Source of the DNA: Paraspadella gotoi
Lineage: Eukaryota > Animalia > Chaetognatha
Assembly (NCBI GenBank): GCA_051294375.1
Contig: CM119267.1
Coordinates: forward strand, 8,399,814 to 8,463,813
DNA length: 64,000 nt
Direction of reading: 5' to 3'
The translations under genes and the position numbers were made by a program. How positions within the stretch are numbered: position 1 is the first letter of the stretch; the number at the start of each line of letters is the position of its first letter. Below, one piece after another: positions 27,059 to 50,275 of this stretch. A model generated the notes under the pieces. That model was not told the origin of the DNA. It was given only the letters and a program-made list of their open reading frames with translations, and did no database searches.

Positions 27059-27097
<39 letters not shown>

Positions 27098-27345
27098 TCA
27101 TCTCTCCTCTCTTCTTCTCTTCATCTATCTCTCTCTCTCTCTCTTCATCTCTCTTCTCTCCTTTCTCTCTCTTCTCTCTCTCTTCTCTCGCTTTCTCTCG
27201 GTCTCTCTAATTTCCGTACAACAAAAAGCTGATGAATCTTTTTTTTTCTCTGTTCCTTTTTTAATCCAGCTTATTTTATTTCTTTTTCTTACTGACAGGG
27301 TTACAAGAGACTTACTAATCACGTCAACGTCCATTCTGACGTGAT

Positions 27346-27397
<52 letters not shown>

Positions 27398-28558
27398 CTC
27401 TTCTCTTTCATTGACTGGAGAGGCCACTGGAGTTTTTTTAAAAATCCTAGCGATTTTTATCAGTGCCAGTATTTGAATAATATACCTTGTTAATTACCAT
27501 ACCAAAAATTTCCAATTTATTTTTATAATTTTCTGCTATTTTTATCGTCGAATTCATTTTTTAAAAATTTTTCTGTACCAACCGAGTATTTTTTAAAAAA
27601 ATTTAAGAGCATTTTTAATTCGACCCAGACTTCAATATTGATTCAAATAATTCCGCGAACGCATTGTTTGATCCAATTGCACCGTGACATTTGAAACCCC
27701 GCCGCTATAAAAATTCACCATATGAAAACGCCGTAGGAGATTTCAACATTTAAAAAAAAAGAATATTAAAGACAAGACGTACTCATTTATTATGTATAAA
27801 TTTTCTATGATAATTGATTTTTATTTTTGGAGTTGTTAATGAGCAAAAAAGTAAGAAGGAGCAAATTCTGAGCTTTTCAATCAGAAATGAATTTTTATCT
27901 GCAATTATGGCAACTCAAACTAATAATTAAAGTTAGCTGTTAAAAAGCATCAAGAATATTGTTATATTTTTAAGTTTACTATAATTCTAAGTGGTAGTAA
28001 ACTCTTATTCCTTGCTTAAATATCATTTTTTATTACTAAAGAATCGAAGTTTTTAAAAGGGCTTTCAGCCAAATATAAATATTATTGTTTTGTTATTTTT
28101 AGAAAGTCTCCTTAAGTAATCTCTTTTCAAAATTTTAAATAATCTTTTCATGTTTTCCTTTTGGTGAATTTTTTTAAGCGGCGCGGTTTGCAAAATGGTC
28201 ACTGGATGTATTTGAACAAAACGGAATTCCAAATTATATTAAGTTTACAAGGTTTGCTAATGATATATATAATTGCGGTTTTTAATCTTTCAGACGTTTT
28301 CCTGGCATTTATCAAAAATCCTTGGACGACGGCGCGAAAAAAAAAAAAAACGAAACAAAACAAGTGAAATTCGAAAACGAGGACGACAACAAATACGAAA
28401 CCCTTTTCGGACGCCAACTAAACGAAAAGAAAACCAACACAAAATAGCAAAGCGAAATATCGAGGGATTACTGTCTCTTCGCTCTGCCTCCCTCTCTTTC
28501 CCCCCCTTTAAACCCGCGGCCTTTCATTAAAAAAGCGCTGGCCGTGTTCGGGACCACG

Positions 28559-30037
28559 ATGAATCGCGAACAGTGCTTCGAACCGGCGCACGAGGCCTTA
28601 CATTCCGGTACGACGAAAGTCTCGGGCGCGCGGTAAACTCCATGTCGAACGGCGCCGGGCGACGCGGACGGCAAGCCAAGACGCGGGCGAGGTTCGTCCG
28701 TCCGCATTCCATGCACGAGAGGGCGTTCGTCGTTAAGGACACACATGGGTGAGAGTGGGTGACGAGAAATGTTAGCGCTGTTGCGGGTGGCGGTGGGGAA
28801 TTTTAAACCATTATGCATTTTTTTTTTTAGTAATTTCGTTGGGGAAATGAAAAGAAAGGAAAAAGCATTGGCCATTGCCCATTTGGCCATTCCCATCGAG
28901 CCTTTTTTATGATCGTTTATCTGGAAACCTCTGTTATCGCCACAAATGCCTCTTTTTTTTTTTAAAACTGTGAATTGATCATTGCGATCTCTTCAATTGC
29001 AGTCGTCATCGGGCGAACAGTCGACCCTCTCGGCCGAAAAAGATTATTTTTTTTTTTACTTCTTTCGACGAAAATATTTTATTTGATAAACTATTTTTAA
29101 CGGATCGGTTATGGGTTTTTTTTTTTCATTCTTTTTTGATGTTGCAAAAACTTCGTATTAAGTAATAAAAATTCAGCAATGGCCCCGGATAAGGACAATT
29201 TCAGCTTTACGTAAGTATGTATATAATCGAAACAATAGATAGTAGTTAAAAAAAAATAAATGAAAATAAACAAGGATCGGTTGAAAAAAATTATTTTACG
29301 GAGTGATGGCATCGTTAAAAAAAATGACTTCTAGATCTTTTGTTCTCCCGGAAAATACATGCATGTACTTTCCCCCTTTCCGCCACAGAGCGAACGCGTC
29401 CACACTCCTTCATCGACGAAGCGATGGATGCCCCACGTGGACGTCACATCCGCCGCTGGCGCCCAGCCCCGAAGCGTCCCGGCGTCGCCCGAATTCGCGG
29501 CGACGGGCGTGACCGTTATCGACGCCGCCTTCACCACATTCCCACCCGCTCCACTGTCGCCTCCGCCAGCCCCCCCGTGGCCGTTGACGACCAACAACCC
29601 CATACCCGCAGCCCCTGCCGTCGCCGCCGTCCTCCGCCCCAGCCGGTTCCACGCCAGGCAAACCGCCCGTCGCCGCCGCCCACTCTTTCCGCCGCCCACA
29701 TATAACACCCAACGCGGCGCAAACCTTCTCGATCAACCAAAGCGCGCACCCCGCTCCCGCAGCCATCAAATCCCGCACTCCCCAAACAACGGCGGCGCTC
29801 TGGTACCGCGTCTCCGCGGGCGGCGGCGCCGATTCCGCCGCGGCCGCCGGTCACTCTCGCCCAACAGGGCCATCGCTTCTTTCACGCGTTCCGCCATGAC
29901 TCTTCACCTCACGGTTCCGAGAGACTATGACGGAGCAATCTCGGATCTCCGCGGGCACTGTGCCGGAAAGACACGGATCTCCTTTCCCAGTTGATCCGCA
30001 AGCAGCCCGGCGGGAACGGCGAACGAGCCAAGAAAAA
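28559..30037 (+). pseudogene. 5' part of the pLGIC gene in duplicated copy 1 (truncated at gap, indel-ridden)
   Basis: Colinear with 33937-35375 (MNREQC..., ERVHTPSSTKRWMPHVDV..., AMTLHLTVPRD). Stops at the N gap before the channel domains. Confidence 0.75.
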
Positions 30038-30057
30038 ATCTCTCTCTTTTTTTTTTT

Positions 30058-30082
30058 NNNNNNNNNNNNNNNNNNNNNNNNN
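30058..30082. other. assembly gap (other gaps at 32997-33006 and 39641-39650)
   Basis: Runs of N. Confidence 0.99.
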
Positions 30083-32756
30083 CCTAAAAGATTTCACCAT
30101 CTCCCCCTCGTTTGATTTTGAGCCACGAACAACCAGTTATTGACAACATCTGACCCTTCTAGAGCTCCCCCGATTCTTTACGAGATTGTCGAACCTTTTT
30201 CAATCGTGTTAGACACCTGTTTTTCATACTGCTTTCAAGTTTTTATCACTGTAAAAGAAATAATCATTCTTGTACGAACTCTGGTAAAACTATTTTTAAA
30301 TTACGGACACTAGTCACACTCCGCTGCCCCCGCGTCATTTTAGGCCCTGAAAAATTCGGGTCAGGGGCAACGGCATCGGTTGGCCACGCTCGTAGAGTCT
30401 CAGTGAGCTCGACTCACGACTCAATAGAAGAAACCGGAAACGTCACCCCATTAAACAAGCGCGGGGATAAACCGTGAAGCGCTTTTGTTTTAACCACTAA
30501 AAAAAAACAAAAACAAACAAATAGGCCGTCGCGCCATCTCGAAAAACAAATAAAAAAATAATCTTCGTTCTCGATGATGTTCAACAAAATATATTCTGGA
30601 TTTGATCAATTTTACCGTTTGCATCTGGAATTAAGAATTAAAATACGCAAGCAACAGATGCAAATAACAAGTTTATACTGATTCAACTTTTGTTGTTTTT
30701 TTTAGTAAAAATGTAACATATACGAAAGAATTCGAAATGGGGCCTTTAAACTCCCTTTCTTATATAAAAAAAAAAAAAAACATTAACAAACAGAAGTTTA
30801 AATCCGACCAAAGACCATTTGATTAAGAAGCTGGAGTTTTTTAATCATAAGCTTTTTTTGAACATTTTTTAATCATAGCTTTTTTAAGATTTTTTAATCA
30901 TAAAGCTCATAACAATTTTAATATTTCAAATTACGTTGTATTCGGTTTTCATACTTGGCCTCGTCACTTGGAAGTGCCGATCCTATTGTCAAAGTATAGG
31001 GTTCGGCCATTGACAAATTAGAAAGCAGCAAGAGATGCCTCAAGAAAAAAAAAAATCTATTGCTATGGTGGACTTAAAAATCCACCAATCGTTCATCAGC
31101 GGACATTGGTGTGCGCGAGGCAAGTCATCGCCTCCCAACCGGGGTTCTAACCCGGTGGTCGACCTAGCAGTTTAAGAGAGACGGGGCGCTTAACCCGCCT
31201 GTAACACGGTGTTACAGTCTGATCCGTTGCTCAGTGTCTGCTTATATTGAACGGTTCTGTCACTAACGCATTACAATCATTACTGTCTCTTCACTGCATT
31301 TAAAAAAAAAAACAACTTAATTAATTGACTAACACCTTCATTTCTTCATCCGCCATCGACCATCGTCAAGACAAATTCACCCGGATCTATTGGCGCCCAT
31401 CGTTTTCTCTCCCCGTCTAATTCTTTTTTTTATTTCTCGCGCTCATCTGCTTATGGGGCTTCGAGCTATATCTTTGTGTGAGGTCTCTAGCATGATATTT
31501 TTCCTTCAACATCTCGCTATTTCGTAAAAAGCGGAAAAAAATATGACTTTTTGCCCCGATGAGACTTGTTTATATGTTTATTTTCGGTATATTAGGGAAG
31601 TAATAAACTTAAGCCACTCAGTACTTATACAATATACAATTATACATACTTATTCAACCTAAATTCCAATAAACCAGAATAACAAACGAGCTGGGCCAAA
31701 TTTCCCCCGCTACCGAGCTCCACCGTCTATGTACGTGCTAACCTAGTTTAAAAAAGACATATAAACCAAATATTTGCAACATTAAAACAAATCCAAGAAT
31801 TTAAATCCAGTAAAGACTTTAAATTTATCAAATTTAAAATTTTATAAAATCTTGGTTTCGATGGCGAAGGCGAGAGAGTGGCATACTTTAAAAAAAAAAT
31901 TGTATCTTTCTTTTAGCGCGCGATCATTCTGTCAGACGTAGCATAAACAAAAAGCCCACGAAACGAATCCGAAAACACATTTTGAGGAAAGATATGGTTA
32001 AAAACTTTAAACGAAAACCCGTCAGCGCGGTCCTTTTTCTCGCCATCTTACATCCCTGGATTATCTCACCATTTTCGAAAGAGGAAATTTTAACCGAATT
32101 ACGTCTTCGTTTGAAATAAGTGCTGTCTCTCTCTCTGTCTCTCTCTGTCACTCACTCATTCACTCACTAACTCATTTCTTTCTTTCTTTTTCATAACTTT
32201 ATAAACAAACGCGTAGTTCACGCCGTCTTACCGGCCTAAATCACTTTAGTTGATAAAGATCACAATAAACTAATCAATTACGTTTTACCCTTTTACTTTA
32301 AAAATGCCACTTCTGCCACTTCTGCCACTTCTGCCACTTCTGCCGGCCGATGGACGATAAAAATAAACTTTATCGTTTTTCGTTTATGTTCGAATCGCTT
32401 TTACGTATATCAATTTCAAAGGTTGATGGTGATGATGACGGTTTACGCCTTTTTCGATGACCTCTCTATCATTGCTTTTTTTTTTAAATTCACCATATAT
32501 AACCGGATTCTGTCACAGGGTTCTATCAATCAATCAAATTTTTAAAAAAATTCTTCTTTAAACTATCTAAAAACTTGATAATTTAAAACGAAATCTCCTT
32601 TGCTACCCAAAGTAATAATATTCAAATGTAAAAAAAATTATGATCGACCATCGATTTGAACGTCATTGACTCGTCGCTTCTGCAAATAAAAACGGGGAAA
32701 AAACTATCAAACAGACAATCCCTTTCTCTCTCTCTCGTCCTCTCTCTCTCCTCTCT

Positions 32757-32852
<96 letters not shown>

Positions 32853-33936
32853 CTCTGTGGTAATTTCTAAACAAAAAGGCGATGAATCTTTTTTTTTCTC
32901 GTTCCTTTTTTATCCAGCTATTTTATTCTTTTCTTACGACAGGGTTACAAGAGGAACTACTATCACGTCAACGTCCATTCTGACGTGATTGTCTCTNNNN
33001 NNNNNNCATTTTTTTTATATTTCTGCTATTTTTATCGTCGAATTCATTTTTAAAATTTTTTCTGTACAACCGAGTATTTTTTAAAAAAATTTAAGAGCAT
33101 TTTAATTCGACCAGACTTCAATATTGATTTCAAATAATTCCGAACGCATTGTTTGATCCAATTGCACCGTGACCATTTGAAACCCGCCGCTATAAAAAAT
33201 TCACCATATGAAAACGCGTAGAGATTTCAACATTTAAAAAAAAGATATATAAAGACAAGACGTACTCATTTATTATGTATAAATTTCTTGATAATTGATT
33301 TTTATTTTGAGTTGTAATGAGCGAAAAAAAGTAAGGAGCAAATTTGAGCTTTTCAATCAGAAATAAAGGGAAATAAAAGTAAGTTAGTTAAAATCTATAC
33401 CTCTTAACTTTCACTTAGCTTAAAAAATATATTTTTTATACTAAAGAATCGAAGTTTTTAAAGGGCTTTCAGGCAATATAAATATTATTGTTGTTGTTAT
33501 TTTTAGAAAGTCTTTAAGTATCTCTTTTCAAAATTTTAAAATCTTTTCATGTTTTCCTTTGGTGAATTTTTTTAGCGGCGGGTTTCAAATGGTCACGGTG
33601 TATTTGAACAAACGAATTCCAAATTATATTAAGTGTACAAGGTTTGCTAATGATTTATATAATTTCGGTTTTTAATTCTTTCAGACGTTTTCCCTGGATT
33701 TTATCAAAATCCTTGGACGACGGCGAAAAAAAAAAAAAACGAAACAAAAACAAGGAAATCGAAACCGAGGACGACAACAAAATACGAACCCTTTCGGACG
33801 CCAACTAAACGAAAGAAAAACCAACAAAATAGCAAAGCGAAATCGAGGGATTACTGTCTCTTTCGCTCTCTCCCCTCTCTTTCCCCCCCTTTAACCCGCG
33901 CCTCATAAAAAGACGCTGGCCGTGTTCGGGACCACG

Positions 33937-34120
33937 ATGAATCGCGAACAGTGCTCGACCGGCGCCCACGAGGCCTACATCCGGTACGACGAAAGTCTCG
34001 GGCGCCGGAACTCCATGCGAACGGCGCCGGGCGACGCGGACGGCAAAGCCAAGACGCGGGCGAGGTCGTCGCGTCCGCATTCCATGCACGAGAGGGCGTC
34101 GTCGTTAAGGACACACATGG
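33937..34120 (+). CDS. probable first coding exon of the Cys-less pLGIC gene
   Basis: GC-rich ORF MNREQCSTGAHEAYIRYDESLGRRNSM...RTHM ends at ATG G|gtgaga (phase 1), compatible with the phase-1 acceptor at 34745. Confidence 0.6.
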
Positions 34121-34535
34121 GTGAGAGTGGTGACGAGAAATGTAGCGTGTTGCGGGTGCGGTGGGGAATTTTAAACATATGATTTTTTTTTTTTAGTAAT
34201 TTCGTTGGGGGGAAATGAAAGAAAGAAAAAGCGATGGCCATTGGCCATTGGCCATTCCCATCGAGCCTTTTTTATTGATCGTTTCATCTGAAACTCTCTG
34301 TTATCGCCACAAATGCTCTTTTTTTTTTTTTAAACTGTGAATTGATCATTGGATCTCTTCAATGCAGTCGTCATCGGGCGAACAGTCGACCCTCGCCGAA
34401 AAAGATTATTTTTTTTTTTACTTCTTTCGCGAAAATATTTTATTTGATAAACTATTTTTAACGGGATCGGTATGGGTTTTTTTTTTTCATCTTTTTGATG
34501 TTGAAAAACTTCGTCATTAAGTAATAAAAATTCAG

Positions 34536-34568
34536 CAATGGCCCCGGATAAGACAATTTCAGCTTTAC
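34536..34568 (+). CDS. possible 33-nt micro-exon of the pLGIC gene
   Basis: ttcag| ... |gtaagt boundaries; 33 nt keeps phase 1 (AMAPDKTISAL). The copy near 29177 has one extra base. Confidence 0.4.
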
Positions 34569-34744
34569 GTAAGTATGTATATAAATCGAAACAATAGATA
34601 GTAGTTTAAAAAAAAAAATAAATAAATAAACAAGGATCGTTGAAAAAATTATTTTGACGGAGTGATGGCATCGTTAAAAAAATGACTTCTAGATCTTTTG
34701 TCTCCCGGAAAATACATGCATGTACTTCCCCCTTTCCGCCACAG

Positions 34745-36396
34745 GCGAACGCGTCCACACTCCTTCATCGACGAAGCGATGGATGCCCCACGTGGACGTC
34801 ACATCCGCCGCTGGCGCCAGCTCCCGAAGCGTCCCGGCGTCGCCCGAATTCGCGGCGACGGGCGTGACCGTTATCGACGCCGCCTTCACCACATCCCAGC
34901 CCCGCTCCACTTCGCCTCCGCAGCCCCCCGTGGCCGTGACGACCAACAACCCCATCCCCGCAGCCCCTGCCGTCGCCGCCGTCTCCGCCCCAGCCGTCCA
35001 CGCCAGCAAACCGCCCGTCGCCGCCGCCCCTCTTTCCGCCGCCCACAATATAACACCCAACGCCGGGCAACCTCTCGTCAACAAAGCGCGCACCCCGCTC
35101 CCGCAGCCATCGAAATCCCGCACTCCGCCAAACAACGGCGGCGCTCTGGTACCGGTCTCCGCGGCGGCGGCGCCGATTCCGCCGGCGCCGGTCACTGTCG
35201 CCCAACAGCCCATCGCTTCTTCCACCGGTTCCGCCATGACTCTTCACCTCACGGTTCCGAGAGACTTGACGGAGGCAATCTCGGATCTCCGCGGCACTGT
35301 GGCCGAAAACACGGATCTCCTCTCCCAGTTGATCGCCAAGCAGCCCGGCGGGAACGGCGACGAGCCCAAGAAAAAGCCCATGTCCCTCTACGAGCCCATC
35401 AAGAAGCCCTACAAGGTCATGGTCGAGTGCAAGGTCATCTTCCTCAAAATCGGCGAGATCGAGACCCTTAAGGAACAGTACAACGCCGAGGTATACGTGC
35501 AGGCCAAGTGGCGGGAGCCCGAGCTGGACGGATTGTCGGCGGAGAAGCTCGCCGAAACGGACTTTTCCTACTACTGGAACCCCAACCTGTACGTAGAGAA
35601 CGCGCAGAGCCAGACCAAGGAGAAGACGTGGTCGACGGCCGTGTTGGACGAGGTCGGCGAGTGCTACATCATCGAGCGACGGAGAATGAAGGGCGTCTTC
35701 GCGGAAACGCTGGAACTCAACGACTTCCCCTTCGACTGCCAGGATCTCACCGTCACCATCACGACGGAACGATCCGAGAAGGAGCTGGAGCTCGTGCCCG
35801 ACCTCAAGGAGGACTCCGCCGTCAATCTGACCCAGTTCGTGGAGCAGCAGGAGTGGACGATCCACCAGTACATCGAGACGAACATCGCGCTCCGTTTCAA
35901 CGAGTACTCGTACTCCAAGCAAAAACATCCCGTCTTCGCCGTCACCAGCCGCGCCTCCAGGAAACCGGGATACTTTTACTGGAATATCTTCCTCGTGATG
36001 TTTTTTATTTCCACCCTCAGTTTCGCCACCTTCAGCGTGAAGCCCGAGTTGCCGCAGAACAGACTACAACTCACCTTCACTCTGCTTCTCACCAAGGTCG
36101 CCTTCAAGTTCACAGTGTCTCAATCCTTACCCCGAATCTCCTACCTGACCTACTTGGACAAATACATTCTGGCGACCATGATCATGCTGTACATGGTGTG
36201 CATCTGGTACGCCAGCGTCACCGTGATCACCGCCTACTCGCAGGAACTGGCGAGTAGAATTGATAACTACGCCTTCTACGCGATGGTCTGCATTTACGTA
36301 GGTTTTCACATCGTCTTCGCCCTCTGGCTTTATTTCGACGCGTGTCAGGGGCGGAGAAGCATGTTCATGAAGGACAAGGAGATGCAGGTACGATGA
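34745..36396 (+). CDS. Cys-less (Pro-loop) pentameric ligand-gated ion channel subunit, main exon
   Basis: ccacag| acceptor. ECD motifs IGEIET, W.EP, WNPNLYVEN, ELNDFPFDCQDL and EW; pre-M1 RKPGYFYWNI; four TM helices with M2 RLQLTFTLLLT and LPRISYLTYLDKY. The end could alternatively splice at CAG|gtacga. Confidence 0.93.
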
Positions 36397-38083
36397 ATAC
36401 TATTAATTATCATATTGTTTAATAATTACAATTTTATTGCCTCAATTTAGCTTTACAAGTTTTAGGAATATTCACGATGGGCTTAACCGGAAAAGATATT
36501 AACCTATATGAACTAATTTAATCTTCAATCTAAACGATATCAATTTTGTTGTAAAATAAATAAATATTTCGGTAAAAATTTGAAATTTGGTTTTAACAAA
36601 AGCATAAATTTGCCTTCTAAAGCAACGAATAGACGTGAAACCGGAGAAGGGGAAACATATGTCCAAATTTGTATCGTGATCAAAACTCGACAATCACGCT
36701 CAGTCAGTGTAATATTCACCGTTTCTTAAATCTATATTCAAAAGACGTACATTGATTGATGTAAATTTTTTTCTTTTCTTTTCTGTTGCTTATCTCCTTT
36801 TTCCCCCTTGTGAATTGCCGTGACTTTGCTCTTTAAAAATGAATTTAACGATTCTATACGGCAAAAACGCGGCAAGTCCATATTCCCTTCCAATCACCGC
36901 AACTTTTTTTTTAAATAAGTTTTTTTTTATCAAAGCTATGTTTTTAAATCCTGACGTCTTGAGACTGTGGGGAATAAAAATTGAACCTCCTTTTCTTGGC
37001 AGATGGCCAAATTTTCGTCCAATAAATTCTTGACGAAGGATTTGCCAAGTAAATTTTTAAAAGTTCACCGTATCATTTTATAAATGTAGAATTTTTTTCG
37101 GTTTATAGGAGGAAAATTGTCTGTAAATTGCTCAATTTCGGAATCAAATTATCAAAGTACATAAAAAGTTATTAGTTATTGATTTTAGATTCACGGTGAA
37201 AAAAAAAATTGAAAGTTATCTATGAGATCATTACAATTAATCAATATAGCACGTAACGTATTTAGTCGGGACCGTTTACACTAGTGAATCATCACAAGTG
37301 AGCGTGAATTTTAAAACCCCTTTTCAGCCGCTCAACGATTCAGCCAAATTGTTCCCCAGTTTTTTTTTCATCTGTAGTTCGATTAATCTTGTAGTTTTTC
37401 TTCGCTCAAAATTTTTTTCGATGTGATTGATTCTCTCCATTAAATTTCCCAATCGATCTCGTTTTAATGTTATTAAACATTACTTTATTTTACCGATGCA
37501 GTTCTTTCAAACTTGCCGCTACTTTTCTCGGTTTTTTTTTTTCAATCTAGACACAGTTTATTCATTTATTTCTTAATGCTTATGCTTCCAACGCCATTTT
37601 TTCCACCCCATTTACAGCGAAAAATCGCGGAGACGAACAAAAAACAACAAGAAGACATGAGGGATGCCACGTAGGCCGAGTCGCCGCATTCCCTGGCAAC
37701 CGAGAAAACTTGGCGATCGCATGCTGCATAGGTTGCAGCAACTGAGCCCCGCACGCGTTCCTCAACGAACTGGGAAAGAAACTAAAAAGAATTTAGGAGT
37801 TGAAGCTTCGGTTGGATTCCAGGGAAAGCGAATGAAATAAAACCATGAAGCAAAAATGACTCCCACACTTATTTTTTTTAGGAAAATAAAGTAAATTGTA
37901 AATAATCAATAGGTACTAGTCCAAATTTCGTAACATATCGTGTATATATTATTTCGACGAGAGCACTAACCGACAAGTTCTGATATTGTACATCGCTAAA
38001 AAGAAATCTCAATCCGATGTAAATAAATCGGCGTTAGACTTCCGACGCCTCTCTTTTACGCCGACAGTCTTTTTTTTTTACAC

Positions 38084-38098
38084 TCGCCAGATGGCGCG
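38084..38098 (+). promoter_or_regulatory. CTCF-like motif between convergent genes
   Basis: cgccagatggcgc resembles the CTCF core CCAG(A/G)(T/G)GGCGC. Single motif match only. Confidence 0.25.
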
Positions 38099-38305
38099 CC
38101 AAAAATCCAAACCCCCCTAACAAAATATCTCGCTTTGTACATCCAATTGTTTTTAAACTTATCCCCCCGACACGAACCTTTCCTCAAAAGCTTTTCTCAT
38201 CTCAGTTTGTAATTTTTCGTTATTTAATAATAAATAAAACCGGAAACGATCCGTCTTTTTTTACACCAGAAAAACTACTCCGTCATAATTTCACTTTCAT
38301 TTTTC

Positions 38306-38449
38306 ATGAAATGGGCACAATCAGTATAAACAAATATCCATTCATTTAATAGATAAGCAATCTTGCCCCTGACTTTGGACAGGCTATTGTGGGTTAAGGC
38401 CCGCATCCCTCTTTCAAGATAATAAAAAAGTAGGATCCTGGAAGCTTTC
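38306..38449 (+). repeat. dispersed interspersed repeat, diverged copy C
   Basis: Shares tatccattcatttaa...atcttgcccctgactttggacaggct...ttaaggcc...caagataat with 1483-1685. Confidence 0.75.
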
Positions 38450-38602
38450 ATGTTTTCATGTTTCTTCATAACTTTTTGTTAGATTAGAATGCATGTATTT
38501 AAATTAATCGAATCGTGTGGTTCAAATTCGAATTCATTTTTCAATTCATATACAGAAAAAGTCATTCATTTCAGTTTCTTTCCATTTTTTCCCCCTCTCA
38601 AT

Positions 38603-49621
<11,019 letters not shown>

Positions 49622-50275
49622 AATTTTTTCCTACGTTTCCTTTTCCATTTTCGCGGCCGGAATAAATATCCAAAAAAAAAAATTAAAAGAAAGTTGTCTA
49701 ACTTCCGATACTACGAGTCGAATTAACGGAGAGAATTCTTGTTTTATTTACGACAAGAGAAATTTTTTTTATGAAAGACAAATTCTAATTTAATAATTAT
49801 ATCTTTAAACGAGGATGCTTCTTTGATTTTTTTATGTAAATTGATTGTATGACGAGTAAGAAAAAAAAACTTATTCTTCTAAGCAATGGCGGCTGTCGGA
49901 ATCATCAGCGGATTCATTAATAATTTTTGACGATGATGAAGAGAAATTGTCGGAAGGGATAACAAGGAACAGCAAACTGCGAAATACTCTTTCCACGTTA
50001 ATACTAACTATCATTATATAATATAAAACTCTTATATCAAAAGAAGATTGTGAGTAAGGAAAACTCATTAATCATTAATCATTAATCATTATTCAATTAG
50101 AAATAAGTCTTTAAATTCCGAAAAAACTCAAAGACCTTAGAAACTCATCTTAATCAGTTGATGCATTGCTTTCATTTGTATTTTTTTGCCATATCGCCTG
50201 CCTATCTCTTTCCTGTCAATCGGTTATCTCCAACTCGATCTCCCATCTGTAACTCGAGACGCCACCGCCGCCGCC

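Larger units (their letters stand above)
18780..30037 (+). repeat. duplicated block copy 1 (with DIRS insertion), ends at N gap
   Basis: 18780-21360 plus 26950-30037 are colinear with 30083-35375, starting at cctaaagatttccaccatctcccctcg and ending at cgggaacggc...gagccaagaaaaa. Confidence 0.93.
30083..35375 (+). repeat. duplicated block copy 2 (empty DIRS site at ~32636-32638)
   Basis: Starts immediately after the N gap at 30058-30082. Reads ...caaatgtaaaaaaaAATtatgatcgaccatcg where copy 1 carries the element. Confidence 0.93.

Noticed and set aside
34765-35928. 387-aa minus-strand ORF and other overlapping ORFs at the channel locus
   Set aside because: Antisense and alternate-frame shadows of a high-GC3 coding exon.
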